From the IMG/VR virus record IMGVR_UViG_3300025937_000005: DNA of 64,000 bases; one strand, written 5' to 3'. A model generated the notes under the pieces. It was given only the letters and a program-made list of their open reading frames with translations, searched no databases and was not told where the DNA came from. Both the position numbers and the translations under genes were made by a program. The DNA is from an uncultured virus (IMG/VR IMGVR_UViG_3300025937_000005) (Duplodnaviria > Heunggongvirae > Uroviricota > Caudoviricetes). Below are positions 48,701 through 57,324 of this stretch, one piece after another; positions within the stretch are counted from its first letter, which is position 1, and each line of letters starts with the position of its first letter.

Positions 48701-51700
48701 TGGAAATGGCTTTCACTAAGACCAATAGGTGCATCCGATACCGGCACTGGCACCGGAGGCGGCACTGGTGGCGGAGGTGGTGGCACAACAGGCGGAAGTA
48801 ACACAAACTATGACACATGGCCCTCATCCACACCACTATCCAACAATCTGTTATCCAATTACATATGTGCACAGACATTTGCCGACGGTGTGGACTTTAT
48901 CGGCTCGATACCAACACAGATGGAGTTTGCGGTATGGAGAAACGATGCGGCCACAGCCGGAACCTACCACATAAGGCATTATGACAGCGTAGGAAACGTC
49001 AAAAAAACATATTTGAGTGCCGCAGTTGTTACCCTACCATCAATAATACCCAACTTTATGTCCCTGGCATGGCAGGATATCCTTAACGACACCCCAATTT
49101 TGGCAAATGACATGATAGGTATCGAGGTTGAGGGTGTGATAAACAGTGCCAGGGTCTATGTGATGAACAACAGGGTTGACCGGGGCAATGTGACAGGCCA
49201 GACAACCATTCCGGGCACGACAGGCCCAACACTGCCAAACGCACCACCAATCTTGGCAACCCCACCCTCCCATTTCATGAAACTGTACCATCCCACAGGA
49301 TGCACACTTAGCGGTGCCATTGTCCATCTTATATTCTGGGGTAATGACTGGAAAACAAGAAAGTCACCCTGGTCAAAGGATGATGTTACAGCCGTACTTG
49401 ACCAGGTTTTCCAGTCCAGGTTTTGGGACGGGCTTATCCAATATGGAATAAAAAGACCAAGAAGGGGTGTGTCGGTAATCAGCACGGCATATCCAGACTA
49501 TGACAACTATTCAGGACATGATATAGCGGAAGCCATATTTCAGGCAATTTTAAAAGGTGTTGTTCCCAAACAGACAGCGGACAACAAGCAGGTTTACATA
49601 CTGATACCAAACCCAACCCAGGATATAGGTAATGACCCGGCACTGCAAAGTGCCGGTGGATACCACACCGGAAGTTATTTCATAGCACAAGACCCACCAT
49701 CATTTAAAATACAGTCCACACTCAGGCCAGGTGAAGAGGTTTTTGTACCATATGGCTGGACAAGGGCATGGGCAGGCAACTTTGACCAATTGCTTGTCAC
49801 TATCACACATGAAATATGTGAGATAGTGACTGATCCATATCCACTTTACACAAGATTGGGTGTCTATAAGGATGCTGTAACCCAAGCCTCTTTTGAGAGT
49901 GGAGCCGGAGCCTTCGAAATCTGTGATGTCTGCCCTGCTGGTGTTATCTTTAACGGACATTTGGAGGCTTCATGGTGGAGCAACCAGGACAACGGCTGTA
50001 TCGGCAACAACAACGCTCCGGCATGGATTTCCTGCTCAACAGGCAGGACATGGAATCCATCAATACAGGAATGTGTTGGCAACAAGGCCACCGCAACAAG
50101 CATAACCATTGGTGGCACCTATGACAATGATTTTGATGATGTCAGGTCATGTATGGCAACAAAAACAACAGGCTCAACTATATTCACATCAGGCAGCAGG
50201 ACAGTTGACGTTTGTATGAGGTTAAGGAGGGGTGGCGGTGACTTTATCGGCTATATTGAACTGAACAACAAAAGAAAAAGGGTTGGAGCAAAGGCAAACC
50301 TGGATGGCTCCCTTCTTATAGGAAAGGTAATGTCCAAGGCAGACTTTATCATGAAAAGGGTTGGAACCACACCGCTCACAGGATTGGTATACTGCAACAT
50401 CAGGAATTCACTGGGTACTTTAATGCAGGCGTTTGGCACGTTTGACGCAACCACAATAGCATTAACCGACACGCCGGTTACGTTCATCAACACCCAACAG
50501 ACATATGAAATGGTTGAGGGAGATGTTGTCTCCATTGAATATGACACGGGTGGGTCATCAACCACCTCTCCCAACGCAACAATAACCGCACCAACAATCC
50601 CCGCACAGCCAGCAACACAGGGTATGGTATACAAGGGTGGTCCGGTCTATTCAGAACCCAATGTCTACATCATATTTGACGGTGCAGCCTGGAACACATT
50701 GACAACCCCATTCACAAAGACCAACTTCATGACTGCATGTGACACTGTTTTTGCCAGCACATATTTTGACGCACTGCTGCAATATGGAATAAAGAAACCA
50801 AAATCACACACCTATGTTGTCAACACCACACTGCCACTTCCGTCAACATACACACTGGCCAACGTCAGGGCAACAATTGAAAACTCCAAGTCCATAGGCC
50901 AGGTTCCATCACACCTGCCAACAACACAACACAACATATACATTGTGATTGCTGGACCCGGAAAGACATTTTCACCACCTGCGGGGTCTGGAACGCCTGT
51001 TGCGATGAACAGTTCACAATGGACAGACGGCACAAACAACACAACCAAAATGAACACCGCTACCGTGTATGCGATAAACACATTCCGCACAACTGAAACA
51101 CTTGCCAGGATGACACGCTCCACGTTCCATGAAATGGTTGAGTTGATGGCCAGCCCCATCAACAACTACACTGACCTGAATGACACAATAAACGCATGGC
51201 ATGTTAATCCAAGTGTAATCACAATACCAAACGGTGAGCATCAGATATGCGACCCAGGCGAGGGTCTAAACCCAATATTAGGCACAACCGGAGGAGGAGT
51301 CACACCACCTGATACCGGCGGCGGTACTGGTGGTGGAGGAACAGTAGTCACCAGCGGTTCAGTTGACACGTTTGGGGTAAAGGCCAGTTATGCCACAGGC
51401 ACGATAAAGTATGACTGGTTCCAGAACTTTCAGGGTGACAGTTACCGTTTTGACTTTGAGGATAATATATATCCTAATTTCGTCAGTTGTGAGTTGATTG
51501 GATATTTCAAGGCAACAAGCACATGGGATGATGAAGTGTCAGGCAAGATGGGCGGAGGTGCCCACAATGACGGGTCAAGGCCACAGGTGTATGATATGGG
51601 TATTGACATCCGGACCGGGGCAACCCGTTACAGGACTGAGGATTTCCACCCTGAGTATACGGGTGGCCAGTCTGGACCATCCGGCACGGGACTGAAAAGC

Positions 51701-53071
51701 ACATACACAGGCTACAAGTTCATCAAATGGAACAGGGGTAATTCAGTCAGGTTGGAAATCTGGCAGGATAGGGGCAACAATGAGGGCTCAGTCCCCGCCA
51801 ACGAATGGGTAAGGGTAGCATCATGGAACGTCACTGACCCGTTATGGTTAATCCCCAAATCAGACCACCAGGAGACAATTAGGATTGACGGTGCAAGTAA
51901 TAGTCTTTCCTGGAAATGGCTTTCACTTAGAGAAATCAAGCCAACAGACACAGAAGCGGCATCAACCCAAAACGCCGACATTGGTGTGACTGTTGCGGCA
52001 TACTACTCCAACATTGACCACAGTGTGGTTCCACCACCCGCAGCACCAACATGGATAACATGCTCGACCGGTTCATACAACTCAACAATACAGTCATGTG
52101 TAAGTTCCACAATCGGCGGCGGCTCAAATCCAGCGTCTGGAAGTTACCTGATGGTCAGGACATCACAGGGCTTCTTTAACGCCGGTGACGCATCAAAGAC
52201 AATGCTGTTTGAGGGTGTGCTGCCAAACATCGATTACCCATCAACCATGTTCAACAGGGATTTGGCTGGTGTAATGTATACTGGGGGTAGAACCGATTTG
52301 CAGGCAAGGCCAATACGTGGTGTTAAGGTGGCAACAACGGCATCAGTCCTTTATGACAAGGTGATTACGGAAGTTCGCCTGAAACTGAAGGGAACAGGTA
52401 TCCTGGCGTTGGGCAACCTGTTAAGGGTAAAGATAGTCAGGGGAACAGACAAGGTGACGGTGGCCATAATAGGCTCACTGGACATAAACTCCATATCAAC
52501 AACACAGTTCATAGAATACTATTTCCAGAACCCGGACAACAAATACAGGATGAAAGTTGGAGACTTGGTAGCGCTTGAGTTTAACCACGGAAACTCAGAC
52601 TTCAACTATTTGGAGGTGAAAACATCCACAGCACAGGCAATTGACCCACACAATCCCCAACCCATAATAGAGACATATGACGGCATAAATACAATCATGT
52701 TTGAGTATACCGGAACCTCATGGATAGATGATGTGGGCAGGGACATATCAGGGTCAATGTCAATAGGCGGCTACACTGTTGAGCCGGACCCAGTGGTAAT
52801 CCCACCCCCACCACCATTTCACTATGCCCATGAGTGGTTCATCTCCGCATCCGCACCAGATGACTCAAACGCGCTGACAGACCCGGCAGAACTGTTGCCG
52901 GTTCCAAACAGCCATTACAACAACATAGCCAAGGAATTCAGGATATACGACTTTCTTTTGACACCCCTCCAACTGGAAAACTACCATAAAACCAGGTTTA
53001 CCATCACACCATTGCCAAAGGGAGCGATAGAGGTTGTTGGTCACGACAGTACGGGGTTTTCCACTTCTTAA
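45761..53071 (+). CDS. giant multidomain tail/adhesin protein (2436 aa)
   Basis: Split LamG-like domain, five beta-sandwich repeats, two HExxE EXORDIUM/Phi-1-like domains, two D-x-FGVK modules, Gly/Pro linkers. Confidence 0.85.
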   Translation: MSSSWSEIRSRANNDPLLDTISDLQAKANQSEAIENITTTDKIPPIRIIRSKVEIHDKGMMTGYTRPRNPNQAYYMGNEPDGNHLRLQVRFDSACDSLNDYSMQGNTINIGYQDTLPVLLKATEDDGITAGDMVSVVDGATQYYRIPVTDTVSIKKMVIDGKPGITIIYRHFPLFVKNELNSGGMKRATPVYFIENDQVEYAVKWEVDDAGFVYFFFRHQFINYYVRTVNPIITPPPVPDYYAPDFSPLDFDSAQQYYDIPFPTPYIDLAMEFNFATKAISVYVNAVLVPTTTTAVTLVPPLPAPIFPPAFADPPPPPEQPEPFFQPYEVVYNQLNETSSLKVNAITTTQQNAFYNVQGTPPTTDPIEVLVKVDPPPNSKYPGGPGDTTPTVDWSNINNYVLLYDTSTTNNAGISLSNTTNLSTAVKVDSSTLGQGPNLVGKIVHRISFYYKRVNSVIGTVFGRIWDASGNILVTIGGVDGLAITQASGQSADPVTGYSPAHVNNIDNNHVMAVGDRIGLEFVPTGTGELLIQMSATNTEPSTSISTRAVGAGIGTWTTDVTHDLATKLWRKKTDIELGGGVDPGTGGGTGGGTGGGTTTTPVLIGEIPSTQNSGAVLSSSDNDAVAMMITDTSSGFGQKVNGKVIYQARFSFSPAGNPTGRMFCRIWDEDDNPIAQIGNSAGADVSKFAAADVDGSGWMAHIFNGTNNTTVTMKEGYKIGVEWKTDDDDSEIRVRRVNDIDDSICQASRDVGEDEFSTNEAFDIKVTLWEAGVTTQPSPLPDPIPQPAGDGGAADQFGVKATYSSATGSAINYDWIENFQSDSYRFDWEDLGTSFPSCEMIGYFKFTSNPPDDEVAGKMGGGQHSDGSSPKCYVLGCGITDGKTRYRLEENHPTTNGGSSGGTGKTLGNNYVGYKYVKWNKGSSVLLEIWQDQGNNDGATPANNWVRLASWNVTSPLWLTPPSDHQETLRIDGVNDNLAWKWLSLRPIGASDTGTGTGGGTGGGGGGTTGGSNTNYDTWPSSTPLSNNLLSNYICAQTFADGVDFIGSIPTQMEFAVWRNDAATAGTYHIRHYDSVGNVKKTYLSAAVVTLPSIIPNFMSLAWQDILNDTPILANDMIGIEVEGVINSARVYVMNNRVDRGNVTGQTTIPGTTGPTLPNAPPILATPPSHFMKLYHPTGCTLSGAIVHLIFWGNDWKTRKSPWSKDDVTAVLDQVFQSRFWDGLIQYGIKRPRRGVSVISTAYPDYDNYSGHDIAEAIFQAILKGVVPKQTADNKQVYILIPNPTQDIGNDPALQSAGGYHTGSYFIAQDPPSFKIQSTLRPGEEVFVPYGWTRAWAGNFDQLLVTITHEICEIVTDPYPLYTRLGVYKDAVTQASFESGAGAFEICDVCPAGVIFNGHLEASWWSNQDNGCIGNNNAPAWISCSTGRTWNPSIQECVGNKATATSITIGGTYDNDFDDVRSCMATKTTGSTIFTSGSRTVDVCMRLRRGGGDFIGYIELNNKRKRVGAKANLDGSLLIGKVMSKADFIMKRVGTTPLTGLVYCNIRNSLGTLMQAFGTFDATTIALTDTPVTFINTQQTYEMVEGDVVSIEYDTGGSSTTSPNATITAPTIPAQPATQGMVYKGGPVYSEPNVYIIFDGAAWNTLTTPFTKTNFMTACDTVFASTYFDALLQYGIKKPKSHTYVVNTTLPLPSTYTLANVRATIENSKSIGQVPSHLPTTQHNIYIVIAGPGKTFSPPAGSGTPVAMNSSQWTDGTNNTTKMNTATVYAINTFRTTETLARMTRSTFHEMVELMASPINNYTDLNDTINAWHVNPSVITIPNGEHQICDPGEGLNPILGTTGGGVTPPDTGGGTGGGGTVVTSGSVDTFGVKASYATGTIKYDWFQNFQGDSYRFDFEDNIYPNFVSCELIGYFKATSTWDDEVSGKMGGGAHNDGSRPQVYDMGIDIRTGATRYRTEDFHPEYTGGQSGPSGTGLKSTYTGYKFIKWNRGNSVRLEIWQDRGNNEGSVPANEWVRVASWNVTDPLWLIPKSDHQETIRIDGASNSLSWKWLSLREIKPTDTEAASTQNADIGVTVAAYYSNIDHSVVPPPAAPTWITCSTGSYNSTIQSCVSSTIGGGSNPASGSYLMVRTSQGFFNAGDASKTMLFEGVLPNIDYPSTMFNRDLAGVMYTGGRTDLQARPIRGVKVATTASVLYDKVITEVRLKLKGTGILALGNLLRVKIVRGTDKVTVAIIGSLDINSISTTQFIEYYFQNPDNKYRMKVGDLVALEFNHGNSDFNYLEVKTSTAQAIDPHNPQPIIETYDGINTIMFEYTGTSWIDDVGRDISGSMSIGGYTVEPDPVVIPPPPPFHYAHEWFISASAPDDSNALTDPAELLPVPNSHYNNIAKEFRIYDFLLTPLQLENYHKTRFTITPLPKGAIEVVGHDSTGFSTS

Positions 53072-53104
53072 ATAAGGGAATGACAATAGGAATGGTATAC
53101 TAAA

Positions 53105-54061
53105 ATGTCTTCAATTTCCAATCTAGGTCTCCCATACCAGGAGGGGGACCAGGCATCCGCCGCCAGGAGAAACGCCACAATGGTCATGTCCGGCAAGGGT
53201 TCTGAGATAGCGGCCATCCCAGCCACACAGCAGACCCCCCTCTTCAGGTGTCTGGAGTCCACATCTGGATACCTGGCAAACGAACTCTACATGAGAAGGG
53301 CTGACAACTTGGGCAGCATCAACGTAAGGAGGAAACACCTGCACTCAGCAGATACCGATGAGGAAGGCGGCCTTCTCCACAACATGTTCATCTACAATCC
53401 ACGAATCATCCAGTTTGGCCTTTCCCCATTCAACAACCTGTATGACTTTAACCAGACAAAGTTGGGGACAGCCACCTTTGACTACATCCCTGATGCCTTT
53501 TATGGCCGGACTTTATTGCTAACCTCAACATGGGACACCCCTGGGGCAACAGGAAACTATGTCAATGCGAGTGTGGCAGGACAGCAGATAGGGTTTACTG
53601 AAAAGATGCTGGCAATGGCTACCTTGTATATGGACTTTAACGCTAACCAGGTTGCCCGTGTCGGATTCGGCATGGAGATGGCCCACAACACAATTGACGT
53701 CACCCGTAAAATCGGAATGGAGATGTGCGGTGGAACAGGAACAAACTGGCAGGCCGTGTCAGCCAATGGTGTCACAAGAACCGTGTCGGCAACATCAATG
53801 AACTCGGCCCCCGTTCCCAACGCATTTGCCACATACAGATTCTTTTTCAACCCCAACAACGTTTCATACAAACTCACAAACACGGATGGAATCACAAAGG
53901 TAATCACATCAACAATTCCATCAGGAGGCGCAATAGACTATCCCCGCCTGTTCAGGTTTGGGTTAAACACAACCAACTCCACCACAAAACACATGTGGCT
54001 TTTAAGACTGTATTTCATAGCAAAGAATGTTGACTCATCCTGGTTCGACGGTCCGGAGTGA
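53105..54061 (+). CDS. virion protein with beta-sandwich domain
   Basis: C-terminal domain resembles that of 14639..17368. Confidence 0.7.
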   Translation: MSSISNLGLPYQEGDQASAARRNATMVMSGKGSEIAAIPATQQTPLFRCLESTSGYLANELYMRRADNLGSINVRRKHLHSADTDEEGGLLHNMFIYNPRIIQFGLSPFNNLYDFNQTKLGTATFDYIPDAFYGRTLLLTSTWDTPGATGNYVNASVAGQQIGFTEKMLAMATLYMDFNANQVARVGFGMEMAHNTIDVTRKIGMEMCGGTGTNWQAVSANGVTRTVSATSMNSAPVPNAFATYRFFFNPNNVSYKLTNTDGITKVITSTIPSGGAIDYPRLFRFGLNTTNSTTKHMWLLRLYFIAKNVDSSWFDGPE

Positions 54062-54066
54062 CAAAA

Positions 54067-54213
54067 ATGGTGATGACAAAAAGAGATGGAGATGTTAGGT
54101 GCTTTAAATGTAGTAGAGATGATAATGTGGTTTTGGCCCATATGAGGAAAAAAAATGGTAGTATGTCTGATGAATGGTATTGTCAAGACTGTGAGTTTGA
54201 GGAGGGAAATTAA
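54067..54213 (+). CDS. small Zn-ribbon protein (48 aa, not in ORF track)
   Basis: RCFKC...WYCQDC; exactly fills the intergenic gap. Confidence 0.6.
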   Translation: MVMTKRDGDVRCFKCSRDDNVVLAHMRKKNGSMSDEWYCQDCEFEEGN

Positions 54214-54215
54214 AA

Positions 54216-54824
54216 ATGGGTAAGGTTAACTCAGATTTTTATCGCAGTGTAAAGTTAAACATCACACTGGAGCAGGCAAAGTCATATGTGCCTTTCCACA
54301 AGGGACTGGATGTTAACTTTTATGAGCCTGTAAATGACAAGGGTGAAAACCTGCTGAAGTTGCCAGGCTACAACACCAAAAAGATAAGGGATTTGGATGT
54401 GACGATAACAGCCAAGTCAATCAACCCTGACCCCCTCCATGAAAGGGATATGCGTGACATTGACGAGGAGTTGGCAATGCTTGACTCGTCATACAGGGTT
54501 TTGCAGGACCACTTAAAGGTAACAGACAACAGAAGGCTAACACACTTTCACCAGCCGGTTAACACACTGATACGTCATGCAACAATATTGGACCATCCCT
54601 ACCTTGACGGGCAGAATGACCATTTGAGGTCAACCGCTCAGGATGTCCACGACGTTGAGATTTCCGTTGAGGATTTGCGGGTCGAGGAGGAAAGGCTGTC
54701 AAAGAGAAAGGCGTTCTACAACAGGTCCAAGTTAAACTATGTCTCCAAGTTGGCAAAGGCCACATCATCACAACCCACACCCAAAAAGACAGCCACAATG
54801 CAGGTTGGCTATATAGGCAATTAA
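54216..54824 (+). CDS. hypothetical protein
   Basis: 202-aa ORF preceded by GGAGG. Confidence 0.7.
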   Translation: MGKVNSDFYRSVKLNITLEQAKSYVPFHKGLDVNFYEPVNDKGENLLKLPGYNTKKIRDLDVTITAKSINPDPLHERDMRDIDEELAMLDSSYRVLQDHLKVTDNRRLTHFHQPVNTLIRHATILDHPYLDGQNDHLRSTAQDVHDVEISVEDLRVEEERLSKRKAFYNRSKLNYVSKLAKATSSQPTPKKTATMQVGYIGN

Positions 54825-54839
54825 TAATACAGACAGCAG

Positions 54840-56369
54840 ATGGTAGACGTAGAATACAGTGAGATAAAGGCATTTTACTCAAACGCCACAGCCGGCGGAT
54901 TCAACTACCTTGGAGGCTCCAGGTCCACAACAGAGATATCAGACAATGTTTTGTACAACCTGTTTGCCAAGACAACAGATGATGAGCAACTCACAGGCAT
55001 TGTAAAGTACAGGTGCTTTTATTTCTATAATGACAACGTATCGGCATATGTAAAAAACCCCGCCGTGTTTGTTGTTTCAGACACGACATCATCCAGTGAT
55101 TTTGTTGAGGTGGCATGGGGAACGGCTGAAATCGGTGATGGTGTTTTTGGGTCAACGGATGGCTCAATTGAGCAGTCCATAGCAAATGAAAACACACCAC
55201 CGGTTGACTCAGAGGACATTCCACTCCAGTTTTTCCGGGGCAACACCAGGTCAAGCGGGGCCATACTCAACCAGGACATACCGCCAAAAAAGGGAAAGGC
55301 CGTGTGGGTAAAATACACGTCACTTTTCAACGCGCCTGACTTTCCATATGACATTTTTAAGTTGCGTTTTGTGGCGGACAACCTACAGTCAACCGCAATA
55401 ATAAAGAGAAACCAGACACTTCCAGACCAGATTACATTCAACGTGATAGGCAACTGCTCATCAGACTCTGACTTCACAAAACTTGCCAGTTTTATGCTTC
55501 CAACCAACCCCCATTTTATTGTCACAACAGGCAACAACAACATGGACTCCAACCCCTCCTTTTTCATTTCATTGATGGGGGCTGCCAACATGTCCAAGAT
55601 GCTGCTTGCGTTGGGGCCGGCCGACATAACAAACGCGACAGTGATGAACGCATACCTGAATGAGATGGCAAAATATCCATTTGTGTCCAACCCCCAGCGA
55701 ACTTACTATGCCAAGACGTTTGGAAACGTCCATGTGCTTGTCATGAACACGTCAGGAAACGTCCCATACACAAACCCATCAGCGCAATACGACTTTGTTG
55801 TGTCTGACCTGCGGGCCGCAAACACCAACCCCAACATTGACTGGATTTTTGTTGTGACAAGCAGGCCCGTCTATGGCTCAATAGTAAAATTCCAAGAACA
55901 GCCAGTCGATAACCCAACCGCACCACAGACCCAAATAGCAAGGCCATACTACAACGACATAGCAAAAACATACCACAAGATTTTTGCCGACAATGGTGTT
56001 CTTATGGTTCTCCAGGGACAGATAAACTGGTATGAAGAGATGACTCCCCTCAAGTTCAATCCAGAAAATCCACTGGCCCCAATATCTGTTGAATTTGACG
56101 GCCCCGACAACTACACCATATCAGGAAGGAAAAACTTTGCTGACAGTGTGATGTGGTGGACGGTTGGGGCAGGTGGTTTTGTACACGACCTTACCAACGA
56201 CGCCAACAGTGTCGCATACAGGACACACAGGAATACTGCGCATTTTGGGTATTTGCGGGTCATAATTGAAAACAGGCTGGACACACCAAAGGTTTTGTTA
56301 AGGCATTATGTCACCTCACTAAACACACAGTATTTCCTGTACCAGACAACCGTGACAAGGGTATCCTAG
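54840..56369 (+). CDS. virion N-terminal domain fused to a degenerate metallophosphoesterase (purple acid phosphatase fold)
   Basis: LGG..NLF..G..KYRC.Y N-domain; YYAKTFGNVHVLVMNT, QYDFVVSDL, NPNIDWIFV, FGYL; metal ligands substituted. Confidence 0.75.
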   Translation: MVDVEYSEIKAFYSNATAGGFNYLGGSRSTTEISDNVLYNLFAKTTDDEQLTGIVKYRCFYFYNDNVSAYVKNPAVFVVSDTTSSSDFVEVAWGTAEIGDGVFGSTDGSIEQSIANENTPPVDSEDIPLQFFRGNTRSSGAILNQDIPPKKGKAVWVKYTSLFNAPDFPYDIFKLRFVADNLQSTAIIKRNQTLPDQITFNVIGNCSSDSDFTKLASFMLPTNPHFIVTTGNNNMDSNPSFFISLMGAANMSKMLLALGPADITNATVMNAYLNEMAKYPFVSNPQRTYYAKTFGNVHVLVMNTSGNVPYTNPSAQYDFVVSDLRAANTNPNIDWIFVVTSRPVYGSIVKFQEQPVDNPTAPQTQIARPYYNDIAKTYHKIFADNGVLMVLQGQINWYEEMTPLKFNPENPLAPISVEFDGPDNYTISGRKNFADSVMWWTVGAGGFVHDLTNDANSVAYRTHRNTAHFGYLRVIIENRLDTPKVLLRHYVTSLNTQYFLYQTTVTRVS

Positions 56370-56445
56370 AATCATATAATACGACGGCAATAACAACAAA
56401 CAACATATCTTTTTTAACACGTTTCACACCAGTTAGTTTATTACA

Positions 56446-57264
56446 ATGAGCCAGCAACCGTTTGAGAAAAACAACAACCCCGAAGCCAGAAAAAGAATAT
56501 TGAGATATGCCAATGACGTTATGCATGAAGAACTGTCCAAAAACAGCATTGTCGTGATTGCAACCCACAACAGGGATGACCCACGCAAGTTCACCATTGT
56601 CGCTGACTCGGAATATGACAGGCAACTTGAAAACGTTGAACTTGTATTTAGCAATCCGGAGGACTACAAGAGGATATTCCCGGAGTTCTCGGCCCCGCCT
56701 CCAGTTGTGCTGGCCCCTAACATGGAAATGGACCGTAAACTGGGTGTTGCCGTGCCCATACACAGGGACCCCTACAAGATTAGGTCTGTGATGTCACCCC
56801 AGATTCCGGCCAATCCGAACATAAACAACATCAACAATGTCCTGAACGACAACAACAATCAATACTGGTCAGTGAAAGCAACAGAGGAAAAGCCAGCCAC
56901 CATCATAATAGACCTGGGCAAGGAGGTTGACATTGGCACGTTATGGGTCAAGTGGTTTGCGGCCAGGGAAAGGAGGGCAAGGTTCACCATTGCCACGGCA
57001 ACAGAGGAGCAATACAACTCCAAGCCAGAGCGATTGTTTGTCTCTATTGACCGCCTGGAGAACAAATACTCGTCTGGAACAACAGATGACTTTGAGACAT
57101 ACAACCTGTCAGACAACCCAGAAGAGTTGGTTCATGCACGCTACATCATGATACAGATAATGGGCAATGACCAGGACAGTGATTGGGCTTCTGTTGTTCA
57201 AATCAAGGTCACAAAAGCCGTATCGATAAAGTCAATGGAAACCGAACTAAAAACTACCAACTAA
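56446..57264 (+). CDS. discoidin (F5/8 type C) domain protein
   Basis: NVLND....YWS, IIIDLG, ARYIMI, WASVVQIKV. Confidence 0.8.
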   Translation: MSQQPFEKNNNPEARKRILRYANDVMHEELSKNSIVVIATHNRDDPRKFTIVADSEYDRQLENVELVFSNPEDYKRIFPEFSAPPPVVLAPNMEMDRKLGVAVPIHRDPYKIRSVMSPQIPANPNINNINNVLNDNNNQYWSVKATEEKPATIIIDLGKEVDIGTLWVKWFAARERRARFTIATATEEQYNSKPERLFVSIDRLENKYSSGTTDDFETYNLSDNPEELVHARYIMIQIMGNDQDSDWASVVQIKVTKAVSIKSMETELKTTN

Positions 57265-57324
57265 CTAACACCACCCCAAAAAACAACGACACAGATAAAT
57301 AACACCCTACTTTTAGGAATTCTA

